Source: Microbotryum violaceum (taxonomy: Eukaryota). Taken from it: a DNA stretch of 64,000 bases. The stretch lies in assembly GCA_001244265.2 (NCBI GenBank), contig CDLV01000013.1, positions 558,001-622,000 on the forward strand, in the 5' to 3' direction. This document shows positions 1 through 12,792 of the stretch, piece after piece. Each line of letters starts with the position of its first letter. Position 1 is the stretch's first letter. The position numbers and the translations under genes were made by a program. Under the pieces are notes generated by a model. It was not told where the DNA came from, did not search any database, and saw only the letters and a program-made list of their open reading frames with translations.

Positions 1-973
1 TTGACTTCTGCGGCGGCGCGCTTGAGCACGGCGAAGGCCTTGATCAACGGCGCGGGCATTCGCTCGGAAGGTCCTCCAATGTCAAAGTTTTGAACTGATC
101 TGTAATCATCAAAATGAAAATCAGTATGGGGCCTGGAGAAAGATGCAAGGCGACCGGAGCGAGTCAGGGCCGCGGCCCACGTCGTCGGATGCCGCCCCAC
201 AACGGAGGAATGAATTGGGCACCGGTCGCTCCGCAGTGCAGCTCTTGAGTCCGAGGTACGACATGGCGAATCGGGAGGGACCACCCAATGACAAGAACAT
301 GGCAGTGGCTCGACTGACCGCTGGGTTTGTGCGCCATAGTACTTGTCGGCGGGGACCTGGAGGTCACCGAACGTGTCCTTCTCAACACGGATCTTTTGCT
401 GCCCGGGGTGCAAGGTCGGTCGAAGCGACATGATGGATCACGAGGTCAGCTTGACTGGGTACGGAACGATCTAGTACAGCGACTGGGACGTTAGTTCGAT
501 TGGGCGAGAAGGGCGAAAAGGGTGTGATTGTCGGGATGTGGGAGGAGGAGGACGATCGGGTCGGAGCCGACACGCTCCGAAGGCGCTCTGCGCGGCGCCA
601 ACAGCTCCGCGACAGCTCCGAGTGACCCGAGTCGAGGAAAGTAAACGAGGCTGTTGCGACGGCGTCTTGTCTCGGAAGCCGAAGCGAGTGAGGAGGGAGA
701 AGAGGAAGAATAAGAGAAAGAGGACTGACCAAGAGCGCCGACTGGGTCGAGAATGCTCGAGCAGCAGGTACAGAGCGGACAGCCTGAGCGAGCACAACAC
801 AACGAACCCCATCGGTCCCGATCATGCATGACGACCGGCGGCGGCAACAACGGACCGACCGCGACCGAGAATTCGCGCAGATTGCGTAGAGAGAGCAGCA
901 GAGGTGTCAGCTCGATAAGATGAAGGAGTCCACTCCGATCACGGCGAGCAAGACTCACGGATCGCGACAACAT
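1..973 (-). CDS. FUM1: Class II fumarate hydratase, 5' part (continues beyond window start)
   Basis: Hand-spliced exons 973-959 (MLSRS), 783-730 ([18 protein letters not shown], mitochondrial-presequence-like), 398-319 ([27 protein letters not shown]) and 99-1 ([32 protein letters not shown]). GT-AG introns; diagnostic fumarase N-terminal motifs. Confidence 0.95.
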
Positions 974-1657
974 GATGGCTTCAGGGTGGGTCGAGAGACT
1001 ATAGGAGCTGCGAAAAGAGGCGGAGCTCACATCAAGTCGATTTCGCAGCGAGCGCTTGCGATTGTCGGAGCGACCCGGGATCATCGTGCCGCGGAAACAT
1101 AGGGTAACGTGAGGGCCATGCCAGTTGCAGATGTGCATTTTCTTCTGGCGTACATCAGAGCAGTGATGAAATTTTGCTTGGACTCTCGAACTTTGCATCC
1201 TTTATCAGAAAATCGTGACCTAAAATTCATTGTGCATTTGACACCGCTCGATCTGCAGGCCGTCTCTTCAGCGCGGTCGATCGCTCTCGGCCGGCACCCC
1301 ACACAGCTGCATTGATCACCCACCACCCACACCCACATCGATCAAGCTCGATTCCGTCGAACCTTGTCTCAGCCCGGCAAGTTCCACAGGTAGGTCATCG
1401 GTCAGGTGTAAACGGGCTGCCGAGTTGCTGAGCGTACTTCTCTCCCCTCGTGATCGCCGTGCACTCACTGCAGTCAGTCAGCACAGCTGCTCGGCCTCAG
1501 AATTCAGCCTCCTCAGCCTTCTCACCGCGTCATTGCTGCGCCGGACCTCGTCGCATTCAATCACGGCATCAGTCTGCCAGTCCAGTCGCCATCGGGCTAG
1601 CGTTCATTTCTCAGCCTACAACGCCTTCTGAGCAGTCGTATCCGGAACAAGACCGCC

Positions 1658-2632
1658 ATGTCGTCTTCTGTGCCGATGCGTCGACATGACCCGCGGCGGG
1701 TGTGCCTCATCTCGATGCCCAAAATGGCACTGGGGCCGAGGAAACGAGAGTATCTCGTCTACTTTTCCGGAGCTTTGGTGAGGAGTACTGTCATATGCGT
1801 CGTTCCCTGTTTTGGATGCCATCGCCCCAGTCTTGATCCTGTCCAGATCGAGTCATTCGATTCGGCATGCGCGGCCAACCCCCACTCGCCTCTCGTCTTC
1901 GATTAGTTTTCCTCTAATTCGAGTCAGCCATGCTGAACAAAACCCATCTTTCATCTTCTTTAACAGTTCGCGCTCGGCTGGTGGTGCTTCCTGGGCGCAG
2001 CGATCCTCTCATCGCATGCGACCCCCCTGCCCGACTCGGGAAGTTACGACCCTGTGCCCGTGCACGTCTCGTTCGCCGACTGGACCCCGGGGATCTGTAC
2101 GACCTTGGGCATGATCATTATCAACCTTATCAACAAGGAACACCTCTTGAACGACGAGGGTGAATGGGAGGGAGGTCTTCTCGGCGGTGGAGTCGCTTGG
2201 CGAGCGAGGCTCTTTTTGTTCGTCGGATTCGCTTTGATGGCTGGTGGGCTCGCTGGAAGTGTTGTAAGTACCACAACATACCACTCGCTATACCCACTCC
2301 TTGAAGTGCCGGCGGTTACTCTTCGTTATTGAGGACGTACAATTCGCGGAGAGCTGACCTCACCTTCTCTGCCCCCTCTTGATTGTGCGCAGACGGTGCT
2401 GGTGATCAAATACGTTATCCCACCTTATCCTGGCAACTTTGGCGTCGAATGGGGTGCTGCAAATGTTGTCCAATCCAGTACGTCTTGTGTGTTGCTCCCT
2501 TCCATGGGTTTTTCCCGCGCCCACCCACTTTGCCGCCTTTTATCTTTCGCAGTCTGCATCATGTTTTCGGCTGTTGTACTGTGGACGGCCCAAAACGCCG
2601 ACAATGACTACGAGTACAACCTGCAGCTTTGA
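1658..2632 (+). CDS. VPS68: Vacuolar protein sorting Vps68 / TMEM50 (UPF0220) family membrane protein
   Basis: Spliced exons give LVYFSGAL...VHVSFADWTPGICTTLGMIIINLINK...WRARLFLFVGFALMAGGLAGS...NDYEYNLQL*, typical of the family. Probable 5'UTR intron at ~1390-1500. Confidence 0.85.
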
Positions 2633-3003
2633 CCTTCGGAATGCTTTCCTTGGCGCTCAAGCACTCAAATGTCCCGGAATTCTGCCATTCTCGATTACGA
2701 GGTCAGGGCAGCGACCGCTTTGCATAAACGTTCCCAAGAGGTGTGGGCACGTGTGATTCCCTTTATTGTAACCATTCTGGTTTGCTTGATGTTGCTCGGC
2801 GTCGCATCATGGTGAGAGTACAGGCGATTGTCCTCGAGCCCAACGTCGGCACGCCCAGTGCAGGAGTCTGCACGTCTGCAGGCTGGCGTAAAGCGGAGAT
2901 CTTGAAAGCGCAACCTGATTAGACGCGCCGGTTCTTCATTTCAATTCGCTTCTTCGACTTGTCTCTGCCTTGGAAGCCTTAGCTCACCCTCGGACGATCC
3001 ACG

Positions 3004-5409
3004 ATGCATTCGGCTGCGCGTAAACCTGCGGCAGGTGTCCAGTTCTCGGTCGATCGACTGTGAGTCTTTATACCTTGGCTCGTTGACCCGTTCGGCACGT
3101 CTCGGCTCATGAACGCGTCGTGTCGCGTCGTGCCGCGTCGCGTCGAGGCTAGGGGGTCGCGCACTCGCTCCTACGGTCTCGGCGGTCCCACCACCGAGCA
3201 CGATCAGATACTGATCTCCTTCAAACGCTATCACAATACAGGTTCAGTGACTCGGCTACTCCGAAACGCGCTGCTCGTCTTACAGGACCCCCAGGATCGA
3301 ATGGTCGTCCCAGCGGTGGCAACCTCGGGTCCTCGCCAGCTGCTCACGGCACTACACCCAAGTCGAACCCTCGTTTACCACATAATGTCGGATCCAGTCC
3401 GATGTTTGAGTCAGTCGACTTTTGCATTCTTCTCCTTGGACGAGGCCTAAGAACAAGGCTCGAGGACATTTGCGCTCATCGTCTCGCAGGCGCTCCGACA
3501 GCAACTGACGTCCCTTACTACTTGACCCTCCTCCAGCTCATCGCCTTCCTCAAACTCCATCTCGACCAGTGCGGCTCCCCTAGTCCCCTTCTCGGAGCGG
3601 AAGGACAAACTGTTGATCCAAGAGTCGTTGAACGGTCATTTGGGTCTGCCCTCGGCCGATGATCGCAGCGGCGATGCACCGAGGGTCGTCTTGTCGAGTA
3701 CGATGGACCCCAAGAAGTACGCGTACAGGATCGCGTATGAACGACCGATGGAGAGGAGTGAAGGTGAATGAACACGAGAGTTGTTTGTTGCGCGATGCGT
3801 TACTTCCGTTCGACTTTTCACGTAGCTGACTCGGTCCAACTCCACACCCAGCCCTTGACGCGGCAATCGACGAGGCCGCAGATATTCTGAGAGACTATTA
3901 TGGCATTGAAGAGTACGGTGATGCTAGTCTACAGTCGCAGGTGAGCTGGGCCACCGACAGGAGATACAGAAGCGTGGGATGGTTACGAAATATTTGCTGA
4001 CTTTGATCATGCACGCGCGTTCAGGACGACATTATCGTGTGTGGGCGATTGTGCCCGGAGTCAGATCAAGCCAAAATGACCGACACCTCGACATGGCTCG
4101 AATCATCTCGCGCTTTGGGGAGTGGCTTCCGAGTGTTGCTCAAGTTTGAGCCAGGGATGAAAGTGCGAGGAGCGCCGCCGGGTGCGGGTGGTATCGGCTT
4201 GTTCCCGGGTTGCATGGTCGCTTTGAAGGGACGAAACGGTGGCGGAAAGCTGTTTGCTGTCGATGAAATAATGATGGTTCGTCGTCTGTCTGATTCGCTC
4301 GTTGGCCAACCGAAGTGGGCGAGTTTGCTAAATACTGCGCCCCCCTCCACTTCAGATGCCGCCGATGGATGCCCCCGTCACTGCGCCGTCCGAGATCTTG
4401 GCGCGGCAACATGGCGACAAAGTCAAGCAGTTGAACGGAAAGCCTATGTCGCTCCTCGTCGCAGCAGGTCCTTACACACTCGACGGCGATCTCAACTACG
4501 AACCGCTATCAGCCTTGCTTGATCTGGCCCAAGCCGAACGGCCCGATGTGCTCGTCTTGCTCGGCCCCTTCGTCGATGCTGAACACCCCAAGATCCGAAG
4601 TGGCGATATCGACATGATGCCCGATGAGCTGTTCCGCTCCCAAATCTCAACCAAGCTGAACAAGCTGTTGCAGGCCGCACCACGGACGGCAATCATCCTC
4701 GTCCCGAACCAACGCGATCTTGTGAACCACCATGTCGCCTACCCACAATCACCCTTTGTACGAGAGACGTTGGCCCTTCCGAAGGGTGTGAAACTTTTGC
4801 CGAACCCGACGACGTTCAGCATCAGCGAAGTCGTCTTCGCCATCACCTCCGTCGACGTCCTCTTTGCCTTGCGCCACCAAGAGTTCTTCAAGAAATGCGG
4901 TGAGGTCAAGGAAGAGGGGGAAGGGATGGATATGGATGTCGAAGAGGATCCGGCCGCCAAAGACGTGATGGCGAGGACGTGCCGCCACCTCTTGAGGCAG
5001 CGAAGCTTCTATCCCATCTTCCCGGCCCCGATCGGCGCGCGCAACTTGCCGAGCTTGAATCTCGACGTGACGCATCAGGAGTTGATCAAGATGGATGCGG
5101 CGGGAGCTGATGTCGTCATTGTGCCTTCCATGTTGAAGCACTTTACCCGGGTGAGTTTTCTACAGAGGCTCCGCCGTTCCTCCAAATGCTGATTATTCGC
5201 GCTGCGTCTGTACTTTTCAGATTGTCGATTCCACCATCATGATCAACCCTTCGTTCTTGTCACGAGGGAACCTACCGGGCACATTCGTCCGTGCCACCGT
5301 GCACCCGATCGATCGAGACTCGCTACAGCAAGCTGTTCAAGAGGATGAGAATTCTGAGATTGAACATCGGCTATGGGAGAGGTGTCGAGTCGACGTCATT
5401 AAAATCTGA
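3004..5409 (+). CDS. POL12: DNA polymerase alpha/primase regulatory B subunit
   Basis: Motifs GLFPGCMVALKGRNGGG, AAGPYTLD, PDVLVLLGPFVD, YPQSPF, LPNP, QRSFYPIFP, INPSFL. Start at 3004 inferred from in-frame splicing (MHSAARKP...). Confidence 0.9.
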
Positions 5410-6035
5410 TCGAGCCTCCTGTCTTTGTTGTCGCTTTGTGTCGTGTAATCCTAGGACATTTTCTTGGGGCCAACATAACACATGGTCGAGTTTATGTGTA
5501 CGATGCTGTGAAGTACTTTGGGCTCGCTAACAGTCGCGAAACGCCTAGCCCCAAAGGCCTGAGCGTGCAGAGATCTCCCATCTCACCCTCGCGAGTCGAT
5601 GTCGAGGCGCTGTGGGGAAGCAGTATCTAGCGGCCAAAGCGCCAACTTCCGCTTTCGGTCTCGGTCGTCCTGGCACTTTGGACTCGATGAGTGCGAGGTC
5701 GCTCGAGCCTCACACATTCGCACGAACCCAACGAGGTAGCCCCTGAGGTATCTTGGCAGGCTTGGCAAGCGCGCACTCCCCAACTCCGCCGCAATTTCCC
5801 CGACCAGCCTTAGAAGAAAGGCACAGCGCCTACAATGATGTTCGGGATACCGGGCCCGACCTCGAACATCACCATGTAACACCACTCGACTTTTTCCGGA
5901 CCTTCATGATCACCCTCTCACCCAGACCTTGCTCGCCTCAATCCTCGTACTCGAACCAAGTCTTCGCTCTTTCCGTCATCATTCTCATCGAGGCGGTGTC
6001 ACCCTCCGCCTTATCCCAAGCCTCTCGAGTCAGCC

Positions 6036-6855
6036 ATGCTCTTCCAACTGCCTCTTGCCCTCTCCGCGTTCGTATTGGCCGCCACCGTCGCCCTCGCAGA
6101 TGATCCTACTCTCCCAGCATGTGGACTCAAATGCGCGACGGACATTCCTCCCAAGTCTCCTGTTAGTACTTAACCTTTTCCGTTCAGTCTCGACCTGCCT
6201 CGACCCTGTTGCGATCTCGGGGTGCTTCCCGACCCTTACCTCGTTGATGGGGATTGCACTCACCCTTCATACTTGGCGCAGTGCCTCTACGTGACGAACG
6301 TGTCGTGTGCGTGCACGAATCAAGTGTACTCGAGATTGTTCCGGGACTGCATCTCCCAGGGTGAGCCGCCACCACGAGCCCCGGGGGGCACCTAGCCAGG
6401 GGTTCACTGTCCGACGGCAGCTTTTCTGGTTAATTCAACCCACTTCAGGCTTATCCTTGCAACTTGTATTTTATAGCATGCAACAACAGTAAAGACCTAC
6501 AAGCGGTCGCTGACTTTGGTCGAGAAACCTGCAAAGCGTTGAACATCACGCCCGATACCGGTGGTCTCGATGGTAAAATCGATGCCATTCGATCTGGTAA
6601 AAACTTCGCACGCGCGTCGCCTAGGAAGGCTTTTAGATTGACTATGTCACTGAACGTGTCCCTTTTTGTTAACGTGGCCCAGGATCCCCCAAGAACTCGT
6701 CGCAGCCATCTACGGACTCGCACCAACAAAACGTCAATCCCAACCTCTCCGGGCCAAGTTCTTCCGCCGCTTCATCCCCACCGGCATCATCCCTGCATGC
6801 TCCTATTTTGATCCGCTTCGGTCTCGTGAGCATCGGACTCGCCGCCCTGGTCTAA
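6036..6855 (+). CDS. Secreted, GPI-anchor-type CFEM-domain protein (CFEM-1)
   Basis: Four exons: signal peptide MLFQLPLALSAFVLAATVALA; 8-Cys CFEM (PACGLKC...CLYVTNVSCAC...DCISQAC...ETC); Ser/Pro-rich linker; hydrophobic tail PILIRFGLVSIGLAALV*. Confidence 0.85.
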
Positions 6856-7077
6856 CAACGCAGAAAAGACACTCCGCATTCCGCATCTGTATATTAGTCG
6901 CCGTAGATTCGACGCACATATCCTGCACCCATCATCTCAGTCTCAATCTGCCGTGCCCGTTGAAACTTTCTTTAGTCCCTTTCGCCACTCCTGAAGTTTG
7001 GTCTTTCAGTAGTGATTTTAGAATCTACACATTTCCTCGCACAGAACGAATGCTCTTGTTCACTTCCTGAATGAAAT

Positions 7078-7097
7078 CCCCCCCCCCCCCCCCCCCC
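7078..7097. repeat. Poly(C)/poly(G) homopolymer
   Basis: About 20 consecutive C between convergent genes. Confidence 0.9.
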
Positions 7098-7571
7098 TCG
7101 ACATTAGCGCACATCCGCTTAAATAGAAAATAGAGACCCGATCGGTAAACGCTCATTGTGTGCGCCAGGGGTTCAGGGGTTGGGTCAGAGCGTCCGCTGT
7201 ACACGACCTTGGGCCAGTGTACCGAATGGTTACTTTTGTTGTTTAAGAATCTCCCGCTCTGCAGTAGCATGCATCGTGTTCTCGGGGAAGTCGTCTGATC
7301 TCGCTTGTTGAAGGCTTTTTGGACAGGGGTTCATCTCAAGGCTCGTACCCTTTCATCAGGTTGCAGAATAGGTTGAACGGGGGGCATTCACCGTCGAAAT
7401 AAATCTTTATGGGATCGTATCTACTCGCACTTCCCAGGCTCACGATGGTGGCTGCTCGAGATATAAAGTCTGGCTGTTGCTGACTGCACAGAAGCTCTAT
7501 TTGCATTGCGTTTGCATAAAGTTACAAGAACAGAATAAGACGGAGAAAGAAAGAAAAAAACCCGAATCGAT

Positions 7572-8380
7572 CTAGTACACTTCGTAAGAAGTGGTATAAA
7601 CCGTCTTGGTGTGCTCGTCGGCAGAGCGGTCATCTTGCAGTGGCGTGAAGGCAAGGAGCAGATCCTGCTCGATGACGGCGAGATCGTACATGGGTGCGAC
7701 GCTGTGTTGCTCTTCGGCGGAGAGTTGAGGTGGTCGTACGGCGACGGCATCGTAGTTGGATTCTTTGGGAGGTTGGGGTATAGGGTAAGGCAGCTCGGAT
7801 AATGCGGAGGGGTAGACCTTGGCGGATCCAGCCCTCGATTTGCGATGATCGTCGAGCTCGGCGATCGCTAATAGGAGCTGGTGCACGACAAACTCGGCCT
7901 CGACGCGGGCGCTGCGGAGGTGCGGTAGATCGGATATCCTGATAGATGGGACGTGATCATTAGTCTCATCATCTCGAGTGATTGCATAGAATGCAGGTCC
8001 TGGAAAAGCAACTTACCTGCCTGCCCAGCAGATCGTCGACCCAGATGACTCGACGTGTTCGAGCTCGCGTTGGCGTAAGGTGAGAGCCATCAATCGGTAT
8101 TTCCACGAGGTGTGAAGGTCTGCAAAGGAATGTCTCGAGGTATTCAGCACACTGCATAATGCGCAAAGTCGTATTCCGCGAGGAAAGCTCTCTTGCACTC
8201 ACTTCGCAGTTGCTTCGCAGAGACGGTGACGGCCCGGGCCCGAGCACCCGTCCCTTTGCCCGCGGTGCCCGCTGCTGGACTCGCCCGCAGGTTCGCCCGC
8301 GATAAGCCGTTCAACGACTTTTGCTGGTCCGCTCGTTGGTGGTTGAAGAAGAGAGCAGTGGAAGAAAGTAGACCAGTCAT
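7572..8380 (-). CDS. Hypothetical protein (3 exons)
   Basis: MTGLLSSTALFF... joins through two GT-AG introns (GTGAGT..GCAG; GTAAGT..TCAG) into one open frame ending ...YTTSYEVY*. No family recognised. Confidence 0.5.
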
Positions 8381-8936
8381 ATTGTACGTATATGGTGGAT
8401 GGACGGCGCAAGTGAAGAGATGAGCGGTTGCAAGTGATGAGGAGAACACAAAGAGAACAGACCTCGATGATGATCCCACTGCATAAACGTGCAAGGATCG
8501 GAGAATCATGAATGGCTTCGAGCGCGACACCTCCACCCCCGGACGCGGCCGGTGGTTTTCACACTCACAACTCCAAAAGTTTAGGCGAGCGGGCCGGAGC
8601 TGACTAAAGGCTTTGATGTCCTGACTCGTTCAGAATGTCCGCCTGAACGTTTATGTGCAACTCCAGGATAAAACTCTCACCTCAAAGTACCTAGTTTTTC
8701 AAACCATAAGCTGCAGCGGCCTACAAAGATGCCCGGTGACAGAAGTGGAGTGCATTGACTACGTACTTCGCCGACGTCGTCCGTACTGGCGGCTCATGAT
8801 CACGTGATCGGCCAAGCGCTCCGACCCCTTCGCAGGAGGTTCCGCTTTCACGCCCGACTTAGTTTTCGCCGCAAGGGAGCTGGCGCCCCTATCGCGTCAA
8901 ATTGGACCTTTTGTGACGGATAGCTGCAATTGCATT

Positions 8937-11192
8937 CTACAGAAAAGGGTTACATCCGCAGGCGATCGCTCGTACAGGGAAACTCGCAAAGCTGCCAAAG
9001 GCGAGGCCAAACGTTAGGTAGAACGACACGCAAGTAGCAGCGGTGTCAATCTCGTGCTCGTCCAGCGATGGTTCAATCACTGTCGCCAACATGATCAGGG
9101 TCGACAGGTACCCGTTTGAGAGTGAGAACAGAAACATGATTGCCAGGAAAGCTGCATAGTCGGATGAGAGTCGGCACGGTCGTCGTGAATGAGTGGAGTG
9201 ACCGGTGACCCGGTGACGATGGCAGCGCGTAAGTGGAGGGGTGGAGGGAAATGTGGGGTAAGCGCCGACATTTAGACGAGCGCGGCCGGGTTTCGACGCG
9301 CTCCTGACTCGAGCTGCGACTCACCCACGTCAGAATTGATGATCGGCGTGCCTTGGCTGTAGCTCGTGTTGCACATGAAAAATAGGGGCTGCAGGTGACA
9401 GATTTAAAGGAAGCGTGAGCTTTTGGTGGGTGATACGCCATGTCCCGGCCATGACTCGTGCCAAAGACTCACTATAAAGACGAGCCGCCCGATCGAGCTA
9501 AGCATCAAAACTTTGATGTTGGCAAAGTTGAACACCTTGACCTGGGGCATGATTCTGCCGATCCAATCACCCAGCGCAAACACAGCAAAGCTCATGGGAT
9601 TGAATAGTGCTGGTAATGTCAAAGTTCCTGTGAATCCCAGGGGTACATCTTCGCCCGGTCCGCGGTTGACACTGTGAACTATGCAGCCCAAAGTCAGCGT
9701 ACGCCCAGTGGCTTCGGTCATAGACGAGCGAACGCACGATTGTATGGTCGAAGTGATCGATGGGAACACCGACAACGTTACCCCAAAGACAAAGAACATT
9801 GCGATCCCGTACTTTCGAACCTTCTTCTCGATCTTCCTCAGATTTGGGGCCTTTGAGCCGCTGGCCGTGTCGTTCGGCCCTCGTTCGCCATCATCTTCGG
9901 TCCCCAGGGAGCGCATGACGAGGCGATAGAGAGGAAGTCGGAGTAGTATGAGGTAGGAGAGCAAGGCAATGAAAGCAAAAGCCCCGATCGCGATGAAGAA
10001 AGTGAAAGCAGAGTTGCGCAAGCCTACACTCGGGACGGGTCCGCGTCGGCTGATTTTGCCAGCTTCGAAGAACCTCGTTTGACTAGTGAAGGCTTCGAAC
10101 ATGACCGGTTCACCTTCCTCGGCTTTGAAGGAGGTATAGGCGGCAACGAATTGGATCATCGCGACGGCGAGTCCGATTGCTCCCTGACCAGACAAGATGC
10201 CTTGCAGACATGCCGGGCCGAATTTTGACGACAGGGCGACAACGGCGTTTTGCAGGAATGATGCAGACGCTGCGAGGACAAGTGTGGTGGCGATCAAAAC
10301 TGAAAAGAAGAGGCTGGCGCGGAAGGAAGAGAGATCAGTCCATACGTCGCGAGTGCGATGACCAAGTTTGTTGGCGACGAACTATGGATTGATCTCTTCG
10401 ATCTGGGTCGATGCGATGAACAGTGACACGATGCCGATGAGGACTACAATGGATATCCATATCCGTCGTCCCAGATCAGCCTGTGTGAACAGCCAGTGGC
10501 TTGATCAGAACATGGCCCTGTTGCTGCCATCCTTTCCAACATTGAGCCCGAAACTCACTCCGTGCTGCGTCACATTCGCCCATGCCAAAAAACTTAAATT
10601 GCCAGTCGTGAACGTCAGGGCGACAAAGTTGGAGTACGAGTCCTGGAATTTGGACCCCTTGAGGCGTGCACCAAAGTACACGCCAGCAACGATTATCGAA
10701 TTCCAAGCCAAGAGGATGCAGGCGCCTGTTCGGATCCCGAGCCGTACTCGATGTCAGCGCACCGAGTCCTCGTCCGTGAGATCGAGATAAAAAGTTCTCC
10801 TTACCAAGGATGAAAAAGATACCATAGGCGAGCCCAAGCTCGAACTTTCTTGTGCTCAAGTCAAGTTGCAAATGGTCGTCTTTGACCTTGACATCATCGC
10901 TCCGTTCCCCTTCGCTTCTATCTCGGCGGTAGCCTCGTCCCCGTTCTCGTTGACCTTCGTCCTCCTCCTGATCGGCTTGAGCGCTTTTGCTCATCAAGGG
11001 TTGATACTCGTCCTCCAATCTTTGCTCGGCCTCGCTCGATTCCAAACCATCGATCTCGTGCAACGCGCCCTCCGGTCCTTCGGCACCCGGTCCTGCTTGA
11101 TCGACGAGTTGTTCAGCCGCTTCGATGGACGAGCGCGTACGTTCGCGAGCTCGAGAGGCAGCTCGGGATGCGGAAGCCAAAGGGGCGAACAT
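8937..11192 (-). CDS. Equilibrative nucleoside transporter (ENT/SLC29, Fun26-like)
   Basis: Motifs AYGIFFILG..LAWN, ILSGQGAIG, FGVTLSVFP, FALGDWIGR, FSLSNGY, FYLTFGLAFGS; multiple hydrophobic helices; spliced. Confidence 0.9.
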
Positions 11193-12792
11193 GGTGTTGG
11201 ATTTCGACTCGGACGCGTCTGGTGGTGACGATGGCGCGGCTGAAGGGAGGGAAGTGAGGTGGATGGCGGACGACGAAGAGCCGAGAAACGAGGATGAGGT
11301 CGAGGCCGAGGACGGTGATGAGCAATACCTATCGATGGAAGAAGCGTGCACCCCGAGAGAATTTGAGGCGGGTATTGACGTCGCCAGGATGATCACTTTT
11401 GCTGCACCACCAAGCGACGCGAGGTCGAATCACCGCACAGCGCTCAGAAGCTTAGTGGGGACAGGCGTGGGTGGGGACCGTGCGAGGCGGCGACGGTGGC
11501 ACGTAGTGGTAGAACGTAGATCGGTGACTGCTCGCTGACTTGATTCGTGATTCAAGAGCCCAGACTTGCGTTCCCACCACGCAAGGAGACGGAGGCTGGC
11601 CTGCAAGACGAACAAGACGGAGATGAAGCGCCGGGGACAGGCGGGACCGCACTCACATAAAAGTGCTGAGAGCCATTTGTGCGCTTTTTCCAAGTCTCCG
11701 AGGAGAGGTTGCTCAAGAGTCCTTTGCCCGGCCTTTTGACATCATGCCCATACCTAAAGAGTCAACAGTGATTGTTTACAGGTAGCCTTGCAGTGGATAG
11801 GTAGATAACGATTTTTGCTCATCTCCAGAAATGGCTTCACAATTTCCCCTCGTGAGGTCCGTGCGGGTGCACTGCGCAGTGACTGAAAAACCAAGGGAAT
11901 GACTAAGTCACAGGAATAAAAAGGGAGTGAACTAGGTGAGTGCTTGGGCTAGCAAGCCAACGAAGTTTAGGTGGGATCAAGTTTATTCGTCATTCCTTGC
12001 CCCGACTCTTGAAGGCATTCTTCGTGACGCCCAGTGCTGTCACTGAACTTGACTCGCGCTGCGCGATCTGGTCGGTCTTGGGCCGGGGGTGGCATCAAGG
12101 ATACTTTGCTTCTTGAGGCAAGTGTTTATATATGATCCCCGTAGTTAACAAGGACAAGTCCTCACGCCGTCCTTGCTGTCGTCTGGAAGCTCGCACTGTG
12201 GCATGAAAGATGCCTCAGCATCGCCCGCGGGCTGAAGATCGCAGACCTTGACCCGATGGACCGGACCGGACCGGACCCCCCATGTTACCCCTCTTCAACA
12301 TTTTCTGGTCTTGAGAGTCGGGGGAGCTCAGAAGGTCAGTTAACGGTCGTACCGGCGTACCGGCGTACCGGCAGTCCAGCCCGCAGCTGCCGAGCGCGGG
12401 GGAAATTTGCCGAGTTGCCAACTCCTTTCTCGGAAAGTGAGACCCCCCGTCTGATAGGCGTGCTGCGCTACGTGATGCTGCCGTCTTGTACCGCGCCTGA
12501 CGACCCCCCTTCTAGCTTCGTCCCAATAAGAAATAAGAAGTTGGAGCGAGTCGATAATGGCCATGTTCCTTATCCGCGCTGTTTGAACTGAACAAGCGCT
12601 GGACCTCACCCCTTAAGACGAACGCTCTGGACACCTGCCGTGACTTGTTCAGGCTCCAGAGTTGGTCGTGTCTCTCATGATCAATCAAAAGAACAAAAGA
12701 ACACCCGTGGCTGATGGTTATACTGTATTCCAAGGAAGTGGTCTATCAGTGTATGTGGAATCACTAGTTCCTGCCACGATCGATTCCCATTT

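Noticed and set aside
11722..11745. U2 snRNA-like CGGCCTTTTG
   Set aside because: The branch-pairing GTGTAGTA region and the Sm site are missing.
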